This document shows positions 13,971-25,828 of a stretch of DNA of 64,000 bases, in pieces; position 1 is the first letter of the stretch; every line of letters starts with the position of its first letter. The position numbers and the translations under genes were made by a program. Below the pieces are notes generated by a model. It made no database searches and was not told where the DNA came from. It saw only the letters and a program-made list of their open reading frames with translations. This DNA comes from the human T2T-CHM13v2.0 reference genome, Homo sapiens, in assembly GCF_009914755.1 (NCBI RefSeq), contig NC_060926.1; one strand, given 5' to 3'.

Positions 13971-16858
13971 GTTCCCGGGGATATAGCTGGTGGGACAACT
14001 GCCCAGTGTGTTCAGCCCAGGGACTGCAATACCAGCTTGCTTCATCTGGAGTTGTTTCAGGAGACACTTAGCCCCTCTCACTTCCTTCACCTTCGTAAAT
14101 GACTTTCCCTGAGCACCTCACGTCAACCTCACTATTGAGGTGTCCCTACTCTGGCCTTCAGGTCTCTGAATGGGCACTATAGACTGGGCATGAGCTTTCA
14201 CAAAATGCTGGCTAATTTTATATAAATATCTATCCTGGGAACCACCTGTTCAGCAGTCTGATTCTAGAATCTTCTTCTACTGGAGTCTTCTCAGGAGTGG
14301 ATCCCAATCTTGCAGACCTAGAAGTGGGCATTTTTTACTCCAATCCCTGTTTCTGGACTGTTTTGAATAGAAGCACTACTAGGATGTGAGTGTATCCTTT
14401 GGTTAGCTCATCATATTCTTTCCCTTCCAAGAATGCCCCCTCTCCCTAAAATGATCTCAGCAGACCCTCAAGGTACCTTTTGGGTCCTTCTCTTCCACAA
14501 AACTGCCCCAGGTCTCTCCCTCCCCAGAACTCAAAGCTCTTTTTTCCCCCAGTGACCCTTTTGGCAATGAATCACGTGCATATTTTGTGACACACTCCAA
14601 TAATCACTTCATGGTGAGCATAATACCCACTTCACTGACTCAGCTTTGCTCATTTTGATGTATGGCAGACATCTCTGTCTGCGTGATGAGTCTCTGGAAT
14701 ATTAACTCTATTCTGCACGATGGCTTTGCTTTGGGCAGATGTTTTTATCTATCACCCGTGTCGATCTGTTTTCCATGAGGGAAATTTGGCTGACCTTCAG
14801 AGGATGGATTACTGATCTCCCGGGAGCCAATGGAAGTGACATCATTAACGGATTTTTTTTTTTTAACAGCAAAAATGGAAGATAATTAAATGCAGCACAG
14901 TAGTTGTAAAACAGATTTCATTGTGTTATACATCACTTCATAAAGTAAGCATAGTTCCCATTCTTCCACATGATGCTTTTTGCAGCATTGTACCACAGAA
15001 TAATGACTCCCTAATAACTCAGCTGAAAAATATTTAGATCTACTTGCTCTAAGAATAAGGTCAACATTAAACATTCTCAGATGAAAAGCTTGCTGGATGA
15101 AATAGTGCACCATCAGAATAAAGCATGCAATATATTTACAGTCAGATGAAACAAGTGTGTCCATAAATCAACCAAAAGACCATCTCCTCCTTTAGGAAAT
15201 ACATGTATTGCTTAGCCAGTACCAATAAGTTAACGTCGTGTGAATAATTTTGGGTATTCTGGCCTTCCTGAATCTCATACAGCCAAACCAACCAGAAGGC
15301 TTCCCCGCTGGGTTGATGGTGGCTTATCATTTGGCATCTGGAAACTTCTCTTATTTTGCTGGATATGGCTGTCTAGTGGGTGGCTTACTGACTTGCCTAA
15401 GAAAAAATAAGTCAATCATTCAGATTAATCTGGGAGGCTAATTCTAAAATCGGATTTTATGAGAATTGCTAGATTTGGGGCTAGGTTAACCTCATTTCCA
15501 AAAGAAAAACTCTTACTGGAGAGAAACCATCATGTTGGCTCATTCTATTGTGTTTATATATTTCACAGTAAAATGATTCAGTCTTGCCAGGTTCCATATT
15601 AGGAGGATTAGAACTACATCACTCAATATTTTCTTTTGTCTGTTCTAAAATATTTATCAAGTTAATTTATGGACTTATGGATTTTTTCCATTCCAGGACT
15701 TCATTTGCGGGGAGCCTTCAGAAAAAACAGGTCACTTGCAGTAATATAGAAGGACTAAACTGTGATTCTGGAGACCCGGGTTTCTCTTTGCTGTTCAACC
15801 AGTGTAGTCTTTTGTGTGTGCTGTTAACAGTGATTTCTGGCTCAGTGAAATGTGATAATGACTTCATATTTGTGAAGAGCTAAGTATCCTGATATTTTGA
15901 TCTTTTCAAGCAGATAATTTCAGGCAGAAATGATATAGCTTGTCTTTTGTTAGGTCTCACTAGGGGAAAAAAATCGCTCACAAGAGCCTTGCCTACCTCA
16001 ACAAGAAGTGTCTCTACTTATACAAATGGCATGGTTTCTTTTCTGGTTACTGGGTCACAGGTGGCTCGCCATTTGCTTTGAGTTTGCAAATAAAGTACAT
16101 CTTGGGTTTCCTTATCTTTAAACAAGTAAAGATAAATTAGGTTAAAGTGGGAGAAGGTTCACAGGATGAGAACATCAATTCAGCTCACAGCAGGTATGGG
16201 TCTAAAGTGCCTCTCTGCAGGAAAGAAAGCCACCACCAGCAGTCCACCTGCTCTCAGGGGAAGGGACCAGGCATTGGAAAGGCTGCCTCGGGAGAAGTGA
16301 CTCAACAAAATCATAAGCCGCATGTAGCTTTGTTTCCTCTTTCTAATACGGGCATATTTATTGCCATCTCAATTATACCTAATTCAATTAATGGAAGAAA
16401 ATGTACATGAAAGAACTCCCAGAAACTAAAATGGCTAACTGTAGGCAGGATGTGTGATTAATATTTAGAATCTATCAAACCCAGTACTGGCAGGGCTGTT
16501 CTCTCCCCAGTACTTACCAGAGAGGGAGTAGAGCTAATGCACAGCCATACTCCTCCCCTTTTCATGAAATAGTTTCATCTTTACCTTGAGGTCACGCTAC
16601 AGATGAAGAGTAAAATGAAAGACTGAATATGATCAATACTAATTAAAATGGGGGGGAGGTATTGAAAAGAGTCTAAAATTGGCTACAAATAATGAGATAC
16701 ATTGGACTCTTCGTCATTAACAAGATTTAGAATAGGCTGGGAAATTTCTCTTTGGAACTGTGAACTGTGACGGGTGTGGTCCAACAGAAAAAACACTGGA
16801 GAGTCATGGATAACGAAATACAACTGAGAAGTTACGGAAAGCACACAATGCCCTAGGG

Positions 16859-17072
16859 CAAGCTTGTCCAACCTGTGGCCCGCATGAAGTCCAACACAAA
16901 TTTTTAAACTTTCTTAAAACAGTCTGAGATTTTTTTTTTTTTTTTTTTTTGCAATTTTCTATTTTTATTTTTTTAAGCTCATCAACTATGGTTAGTGTTA
17001 GTGTGTTTTACATGTGGCCCAAGAAAATTCTTCCAATGCGGTCCAGGGAAGCTAAAATATTGGACACCCCTG
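16859..17072 (-). mobile_element. MER30 hAT-Charlie element in the extended 3' UTR
   Basis: Ends caagcttgtccaac ... ttggacacccctg; flanks ccctaggg / cctagggg (TSD-like); internal T21 at 16930-16950. Confidence 0.88.
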
Positions 17073-17768
17073 CCTAGGGGAACTTGTTTCGTCTACTTGG
17101 TTAGTTGTCCTAATTGCATTTTACCTGCAGTCCAAAGGTTATTTTAGATGATAGAACTGCAAGAACCCCAAACCCAAAGAAAGAATCGTTGAAGTGGTTG
17201 GGAGAGGAGGTCATTTCTGAGATACATTTCCAGGAGAAATACAAGTTTGAGAGAAGGAGCTGGTAGTTACTGTGTGCAAGTGTTTTTCTTTGATGGGGAA
17301 GGAGTAGTTGGCAAAGGGACAGGAATCTGTGTGTACATTTCCTGCTCCTGTTTCCTTAACCACCATCCTCAGGGCATCTCTGGCACCTTGGGGTCGGGTA
17401 AGTGCTCTCTACTGCCCTCGTTTTAGCTGCCTTTATCTCGTCTATATGGCACTTTCTGCGTGAAAAGACATTTGCCTTACAGGGATGAAACTGGACTTGC
17501 AAGAGTTTGCTGTAGAAGGTGTTCAAGTCAGGAAGATGCTCAGAAATGACCACTGAGAGGGTGGCATCAGTGCTGACTTAAAAAAAAAAAAAAAAATCTG
17601 ACCTCACATGTTCATTTTTCCAAAAGTAGAGAGGCTCAGTTTCTAGCCTCTCAAACCATAAGGAAGTAATCAAAATGAGAGTAGATGGAAATCATCTCTT
17701 ACCTTAAGGGCTCATGTACATTTCAGAGAAGCAATTTCTCTAGCTATACTTATTCTCTTATGGTCTTG

Positions 17769-17815
17769 TTTATTACTATAAACAAGCAAGTTCACTTTAT
17801 CATTTACTTTTTATT
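17769..17815 (-). terminator. Proximal polyadenylation signals (two AATAAA)
   Basis: tttatt on + at 17810-17815 and 17769-17774, ~1 kb after the stop codon. Tandem TGTAAAG (UGUA) at 17934-17947 lies upstream; a U/GU-rich CTTGCTTGTTT follows the first hexamer. Confidence 0.7.
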
Positions 17816-18778
17816 GTGTTGCTTGAAGTACCTATGTAATGCAAGTATGTACTGTACTAAAATACCTATATTTCCAAATAACATATGTGGTGTAGCCCAC
17901 AGTCTCTGCAGAAGCATCATGAGTAACCTGTGCCTTTACACTTTACAATCCGTTATTGGTTGCTGTTAAAAGTATGATAACAGATGAAGAAAAAAAAACT
18001 AAGTATGAATACACTTTTCCAAACACGCACATACACAGCTTACAATGGAATCCCAATGGAAATAAGTGACAACATCTGATGTAGAATCTATAAAATGTAG
18101 ACTCTGCAATAAAAAGCCAAAGGCACGTAAAAATATATTTTAACTTTAAAAATAACTTAGTTACAGTAATACTTTGCCTGTGTCTTACCAACATGTAGCT
18201 GACAGTCAAAATTTTGCAATATAGATATAATATATAGGGATATATAAGAACTACAAGAAAATCCCCAAAACCCATAAAGTTCAAATGTGAAAACAGAAAA
18301 GTTTTAACACTGGAGAATTCGCTATGGTGAGCCTAAGCAATATATAGAAAAGAGTCTACAAAAAGGCTTAGGTGTTAAATAAATTTTGACTTCCTCTTGC
18401 TCAGAAAATGTCGGAGTGCTATAAAGTTCCGTGAAGTTCCTTAATGTGACTCGCTCAGCCCTTCATAGCTAGTGCCAATCCTGGCCAAGCCAGATTTCTT
18501 GTGTGTCTGCAAACAATATGTGAGCCGAACATCACCAATGCCTCCTGAAAATGGGCTCTGACTCACTTCCTTTTTTTGCCAAGATAGGTTTTGCTTTGTT
18601 GTTTTTTTCTAAATTGTTTTTGCAAACAGGGCATAACAGGTAAAAAAATACTTTGTAAGAATATTATTTTAGAAAACCCAACACAAAACTGCAAATACAG
18701 CTCCGGAAGCCCTTCTCTTCAACTGTGGTTAGTTTGTTTTTGTACCTTTTACCCCAAAGGAAAAAAGTTGGCATCTTG

Positions 18779-19543
18779 TTACTTATTTTTATCCATTACA
18801 TTCAGCACCTCATCCAAAAGTGAGGGCCCAAGATCAAGCTGCAGGGAGAGGAGGGAACCTGTAAGGTCAGAGAGGGACTCCTCTGACTTAGTCTTTCCCT
18901 TGATGAGCTCGCATGGGGTGGGATGGTCAAACATGTCCTCGGCTGGCCAGTCGGGGTACTGTTCGGACAGGCTGGAGGAGTGGCTGTCTCTGCCTTGGCT
19001 GGACTGAGATGCAGAACCGCTGGAGCCCCACGAGGTGTCTCCCTGGTGGACTGTCCCATTCTCCAACAGACTGCTTTTCTCCTGAGCTTTTTCCTCCATG
19101 ACGGGCTCGCAGCTAAGCCTGGGCAGCTTTGCTGGCCCGAAGGACTCCTGTTTGGAATTAAATGTCACTGGTGACAATAAGGGCAACATGAGAGCTTGGG
19201 ATCCTCCAATGGTCGGGAGGGAGATGGCATTTTTGAGCACCGGGGAGGGCGTTTCTGTGAACACAGAGTCCGAGGTGCTGTTGGCCCGGAAGAACTCATT
19301 ATGCCCAGGGAACTGGCCCAGGTGTGCTTTCTCCTGGTTTCCAGGTAAAAGCTCGTAGTTCCCTTGAAGAAAGGAAATATCTCCAAAGACATCGTGCTGG
19401 CCCTCTTTGCCAATGTGGATGGTGTGGCGAAAGTCTCCAAGCGGGGGACTGATCATATCAGGAGACAGAATGTCCCTCAGTTTAAATTTCTTTCCTTTCT
19501 TGTTATTGGCTGCTTTCAGGTAAATTGGGGTCTTGGCTGGCAT
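18779..19543 (-). CDS. CDC42EP3: Cdc42 effector protein 3 (BORG2/CEP3), 254 aa, single coding exon
   Basis: [13 protein letters not shown]...VMDKNK. Basic N-terminus (KKGKKFKLR), CRIB motif [15 protein letters not shown] (aa 31-45, nt 19409-19453), BORG-type DVFGDISFL and [10 protein letters not shown] blocks, C-terminal septin-binding BD3 [13 protein letters not shown] (aa 238-250). Start context CCAAAATGC with an in-frame TAG 21 nt upstream. Confidence 0.99.
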
Positions 19544-19778
19544 TTTGGAATTTGAGAATGTCTATTTTGCAAGCGGGAGAAAGGGCCACTTTCTTCACAG
19601 ATGGTATATGTTTCTGAATCCTTTTTGATAGGAACTGTCACATCATTTTTCTCAAGTGGCTTCAGAAGTGGCTTCGAAATGAGATGGGGTCAAAGAGAAC
19701 CTTCCTGAGGTTACGGCCAAGTGAGGCTTCCTAGAGAGCCAGTTACATCATCCAGTCTTGACCACAACCAGGACAAAC
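19544..19778 (-). other. CDC42EP3: 5'-UTR portion of CDC42EP3 last exon; 3' splice site at 19779/19778
   Basis: Minus strand reads CTTATAACCTGCTTTGGTTTCTTCTGCAG|GTTTGTCC: branch-like TATAAC, pyrimidine tract and CAG acceptor 235 nt before the ATG. Confidence 0.9.
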
Positions 19779-20575
19779 CTGCAGAAGAAACCAAAGCAGG
19801 TTATAAGCTAAAGACCCTTTTGGGTGCCCTAGGGCCTCCCTTTTCACAAGAGCCTGTAAATAATGGCAGGGCCAGTTTCAACTAATGCTGAACTTATTGT
19901 TTCCCTCCAGTAAGTGGATAAAAATTTTCATCTTAGAGAAAACAGGAAAGAGAAAGACCTAAAAACCCCATATCTATGACACCAGTACTTTTTAGACATA
20001 GCCATGGGCACATCTTCTGGACATGTCTATGGTTTTAGTCATTTTCCTCTAAGAATTGCTGTAAGCATAGGATCAGTGATTTCAGCTCCTTAAATACAAC
20101 TGGATTTGTTTTAAAATACATTTTCCTTTTGCTTTGATGTGCATACTAGCAACACTAATATTTCATTGTTGAGTTCCATATGTACATAAGTTAATGCAAT
20201 AAAATGAACAGTCCTAAAGGAAAGGTGCTGGAATTATTTAATAAGTGACAATAACTATTATATGCTACTGTCCTAAAAATGTTAGTGGAATACATTCTTA
20301 CAGATAAGAAAACGGAGATTCAGGATAAGCCCTTCCCCTAGAAAGTTACCTTTTCTCAATAACATATAGCCAGTAAATAAGAGAGCTAGAGTTGTAATCA
20401 GGTTGTGGCAAAGTATTGGGCTGTCGAGGATGTCAGGATTTGAAGTCATTCTGAGATGGGAGGAAATGAACAAAACTGCTTCACTTCAAAGAGAAAACAT
20501 TGTGAATCTCTATTACAGGCTGGGCCTTCACTTGGGAACACTTCTGAAACATTACTGATAAGGCTATATCCTCCA

Positions 20576-21024
20576 TGCAGTAGGCAGAATTCGAAGGGAG
20601 CCCCCATGATCTGCCTCCTGGTGTTAATGCCTTTGTGAGTAGAACCTGTGACTGGCTTCTAAACAAGGGAATGTGGCAAAGGCAATAGGTCCCTGATTAG
20701 GTTACATTATAGGAGATTTCATCTGAGCTGACAAGGGAGAAGACTCCCTGACTCCCTTTGCTGGCTGTGGAGAGGTGAGCAGTTACACTGTGCAAGGGCC
20801 TATGGAAATGAAATCTGCCAACAATGTTGGGGAGCTTGGAAGTAGATCTTTTCCCCAGTTGAGCCTCTGATGAGACCACCACCCTGACCCACACTGAATC
20901 ATAACTCAGGGAGATGCTGGAACTCAGCCCTGCCCAGATTCCTGACCCACAGAACCTGTGAAATGGTAAATGTTGTAAGCCCTCAAGTTTGTGGTCGTTT
21001 GTTACCAGTGTAGAAAGCAACACA
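20576..21024 (+). mobile_element. MLT1 (E/F/G-like) MaLR LTR
   Basis: 'tgcagtaggcagaattc...cccagattcctgacccacagaacctgtg...aagtttgtggtcgtttgttac'. Confidence 0.75.
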
Positions 21025-22050
21025 TCCTCCCTGCACATACTATATGATAAGATTAGGAGGGATGAGCTACAAGGCATTGGGGTTGTAATGTGCTCTTTTG
21101 CCAATGAGATGCTCTTATCTCTTGAAAATAATCCTCCACCTCTGATGCTGACACAGAGAAGCTAAACCCTTTCCCACTGCAGGAACTTCCCAAATGGCTC
21201 TGCCATGACCTCTTCCCTCAGGCGCTCCTCCCACTGGCTGCAGAGCCTGCAAATAAATACTCCAAGGGCTGGGTGGGTTAGTTGGTGTTTTGAAGGGAGC
21301 CACATTTGCTTGTAGCAGCTGGAGGCTGTCTGCATCTGCCCCATATTTCTTTCCTTTCAGCAAGAGTTTTAAATTCATTTACCAGTGGCAGGTGACAAGA
21401 ACTGTGCTCCACCACCCACTGGCTCAGTAACAGCTAACTCAATTTGGGAAGCAGCTAGCTCAGCGTGTCAGCATGCTGGCCAGCAACCCAGGCCGGAGAA
21501 GGCTGAGAACAATGCACTAGAGAGAGCCAGCCCCACTCGGGCTTTGGGTATGGGGAGGAGGCAGAGAAAGTACGAGGAGGTTTGCATTCATGCAGAGTGG
21601 GCTGACCATGGGGCTGCCAGCAATGACATGATCGTGGGTCCTGACACTCGTTCTCATAGTTTTAGCTCTAATTTGGGTCTTGTTGTGGTAACAAAAGTTG
21701 AAGCCCATGTTCTTCCTGTTAAAACATCAGAACTTCCTTCCTGTATGAGTGTACAATGCCTAGTCCTGGCCTCGGGCCCCCTGCTGTTCAGAGGTGGCCT
21801 CCCTGCCCTTTGGGCACAGTGTGGCTGACTGCCTGCAGGAGCAGCTGGGTGGCCTGAGGAACAGCTGCCCACAGGAGTGGTGTCCTCAGCACACACGGCC
21901 AGGAAGGCAGCTGCCATGGAAAGATACAGCGTGTCCACCACAACTCAAGGGCATGCCAGGGCTGCCTGGGGTCAGCTGATGGAGGCAGGGTTATGCAAGG
22001 CCAGGTCCCAGGGCAGGGGGTTCCAATTATTTAAAAAAAAAAAAAAAAAT

Positions 22051-22400
22051 CGATCACTTAAGGCCTGGAGTTTGAGGTCAGCCTGGGCAACATAGCAAGA
22101 CCCTGTCTCTATGAAAAAAAAATTAGCTGGGCATGGGGGCACCCGCCGGTAGTCCCAGCTACTCAGGAGGCTGAAGCAGGAGGACTGACTGAGTCCAGGA
22201 GTTTGAAACCAGCCTGGGCAACATAATGGGACCTCATCTCTACAAAAACTTTCTTAAAAAATTAGCTGAGAATGGTAGCACACACCTGCAGTCTTAGCTA
22301 CTTGGGAGGCTGAGGTGGGAGGACTGGTTGAGCCCAGGAATTCAAGGCTGCGGAGAGCTATGATTGTACCACTGCACTACAGCCTAGCAAGGCCTTGTCT

Positions 22401-22436
<36 letters not shown>
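22051..22436 (+). mobile_element. AluJ-type element with three monomer units and an A35 tail
   Basis: Two 'cagcctgggcaacat...tctcta' left-arm ends followed by a right arm; A run 22402-22436. Confidence 0.8.
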
Positions 22437-22441
<5 letters not shown>

Positions 22442-23399
22442 TGAAAATGTAGCCAGAGAGCAGTTCCCTGCCACTCTGACTGGATCATTCACATACACCC
22501 TTGAATTAAACAAGGATTTGGGACAGTGAGGAGGAAGAGCAAAGGGGGAGAAAGTGCGTGCTGCTGAGGGTGCAGGGGAGGGAGGGCCCAGTCGGTAGGC
22601 TGGTGGGGGCTGGGCACCCACCAGGGAGCAAGATGCTCGTCAAGCCCCAGCCTTTGGTCAGTCCTTGCCCAGCCACAGGCACCAGCACCAGGGGCCTCCA
22701 ACCAGAGGCTCACTCATCCTGCTTGAAGTGGGGCTTCATGTCGGTGGCATGGAGGCAAAGGTTGGAGGGAAGCAGCAAAGAAAAAGGCAAGAAAAGGGTT
22801 GGTGGGGAGGCTACCTAAGCTGTAGTGAGATTCTGGTGAGTAGGAGATACTGGAGAAGATACCTTCAGAGGCATTTTGCTTTCTTTCTACAAATATTTAC
22901 ATCATATTTACTGCATGATGGGGCATAGGCTTCTAGGACTATAGAAAAAAATAATTTGAATTGAATCTGAATTGCCAATCCTAACAGCTCCCAAATACCC
23001 TGAAAGTTAAGAATTTTGGGCAAAATGTCAGTTTTACAACTCTAGGTAAGTTGACGTTTGTGCTGCTGGGAAAGTATCTGGCAGCTCTGATCTAGTCCTT
23101 CTATTGCATCTGTTCTCTTCCTCCCCAGCTCAGGGGCAACCATGATTGATCCCAGGAGAGTCAATCCAACGCTGATAATCCAATGCCCATAATTTCTCGA
23201 ACTGACCACTTCCTTCTCTCTCCTTTCTGAACATTCTGGGCTAAGTCCATGCAGCTTGATCAGTTTCCCCTTCTGCTTCCTGGGCTCACTGCTCTTTCAA
23301 AATCTTTGCCAATTACTTACTTAGGCAGAAACCTAATGGGATAGTTTCTTCCCTAGCAAGAAGTGGCTGCTCCTGGAGAGGGTATGAGCATCTCCTGGG

Positions 23400-23640
23400 T
23401 ACCAGCAGCACTTGATACAAGTCGGTATTTGTTGAGGGCTTCTCTATGTACCGAGCATTGTTCCAACCCTTGACATGGACTAGCTGAGGAAGCCATGAGG
23501 CTGTTACTGTGACTATCCTCATTTTACAAATGGATCACTACTGACGAACTGATATCCAGCCACTCTGCCAAGGCTGCATGGCTACCAAGCACGAAGCCAC
23601 ATGGCTGGGCTCTGAGCTTTGAGGTCTTGACATGATATTT
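23400..23640. mobile_element. MIR
   Basis: 'tatcctcattttacaaatgga...actctgccaaggctgcatggcta'. Confidence 0.6.
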
Positions 23641-23699
23641 AATGAGCACCCTCCCTGGGAATTCTGTCTGCTCCCTAATTATGAAAGGGGTGCATTCCA

Positions 23700-24270
23700 A
23701 AGCCTGTTTAAAACACAAATGTGTGGCAATGTGCTGGGCTGATGAGGATGGGAAACAGGCCCTGCATACACTGACAGTTGAAGTATGAACAGGTCCAAAC
23801 TCAGTAGAGGCAGTGGGGCAATATCTATCAAAACTGCAAATCATATGCCCTCTGACCTCAGATTGCACTTATAGGGATTTACCCAACTCACAGAGAAATA
23901 ACAAGGCTGTTCAAACCAGCACAGTTTATAACAGTCAAGAGTTGGAAACAACCTAATTGTCCACCTATGGAGGACTGGTTCAGTTAAGCGTATCCTTACA
24001 AATAAATACTACTCAGATCTAACAAAGGATGAAGAAGTGCTTAATATGCTCATCCGAGAAGAGCCCAAAGATGTACATCATCAAAGGAAAAAAAAAGAGG
24101 TGCAAATGCGTGTATTTATATTTGTACTGGCTTATCTATAGAGTATTTCTGGAAACACACAAGTAATAATAGTGACTGTCCACAGAGAGGGGAAGTAGAT
24201 GGAAGGGGAACAGGGTGGCAAAGAAATTTCACTATCCTTTTATGATTTTGGATTTTCAAATCATGTTAAT
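23700..24270 (+). mobile_element. Old L1 (L1ME-like) 3' fragment
   Basis: 'ggcaatatctatcaaaa...tatgccctctgacctcag...ttggaaacaacctaattgtcca'. Confidence 0.7.
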
Positions 24271-24847
24271 GAACTGGCTATTTTTTTTTAAATCACAAAT
24301 ATATAAATGTGTATGCAGGGCTCAGATTAGGCTTTCCTGGAGAGCCAATTTTATACATGGCTGTTAGGTCCTGAAAAGCCTACTATGAGTTACTGATCAT
24401 AACACAAACATCAGGAAAATGTGTCTAAAAGCAGCATCTGCAATGGCAGTGTGTGGGTATATGAAGACTTCACAAAAGGCCTGAGCCACGTCTCCCCTGA
24501 CCCTGGCTATGGGACAGATCACTTTTTGCTTCTGTGATCAGGCCTTCACCAAAGAGGCAGCATGGATCTGTACTTTGTAAAAGGGAAGAGATCTCAGAAG
24601 AGAAACATTTGTAGTCGGAAAGGAAAGTGAGAAAATTCAACAGGTGGGAGAGGATGCAGGAGGAGCTGCTGGCCAGGGCATGAGCGAGGAGGGAAGTGCA
24701 GGCAGGTGGAATCGCCTGGGCCCGTGAGGACAGCAACTTGTGCAAGGGTGACTAGTGACACACACAGATAACCTTTGATGATGGAATGGGCCTATATGCC
24801 ATGACTTGAAATCCCATCCCTCCTCATCATTTTAAGAAGACACCTGG

Positions 24848-25227
<380 letters not shown>

Positions 25228-25453
25228 TCAGGGGAACCCCAGGGCTTTGCGTTCTGCCCAGAAGGAAGAAGGATCTGCTTGGAGGAAGGGATGCTGGGAA
25301 AAGAGAAAAGGAGGAGCTAAACAGGAAAGGCTTACAGGCCGGAAGCGAATTACCAGACTACAACTAGGGAGCGGGCCCTCCTGGGTGTTCCACAACCCAG
25401 ATGAGAGAATTTTAGCTTTCTGTCTCAGTCAAAACTCTCAACACCAGCATTAA

Positions 25454-25828
<375 letters not shown>

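Larger units (their letters stand above)
14890..18778 (-). other. CDC42EP3: CDC42EP3 3' UTR (proximal ~1 kb certain; extension to ~14.9 kb inferred)
   Basis: AT-rich and nearly repeat-free except MER30. Further AATAAA at 16357-16362 and a variant AATGAA at 14917-14922 followed by U-rich sequence. Confidence 0.55.

Noticed and set aside
18591-19555. Several ORFs overlapping the CDS on the + strand or in other - frames (e.g. 18591-19007, 138 aa)
   Set aside because: Shadows of the CDC42EP3 coding sequence; no recognisable domains.
19544-19564. Possible non-AUG N-terminal extension of CDC42EP3
   Set aside because: In-frame TAG at 19564-19562, only six codons upstream.
19647-19742. Idea that the three in-frame micro-uORFs are remnants of one long uORF
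   Set aside because: The same frame has another stop (CTG GCT CTC TAG) soon after the first ATGATGTAA; shared frame could also be chance (1 in 9).
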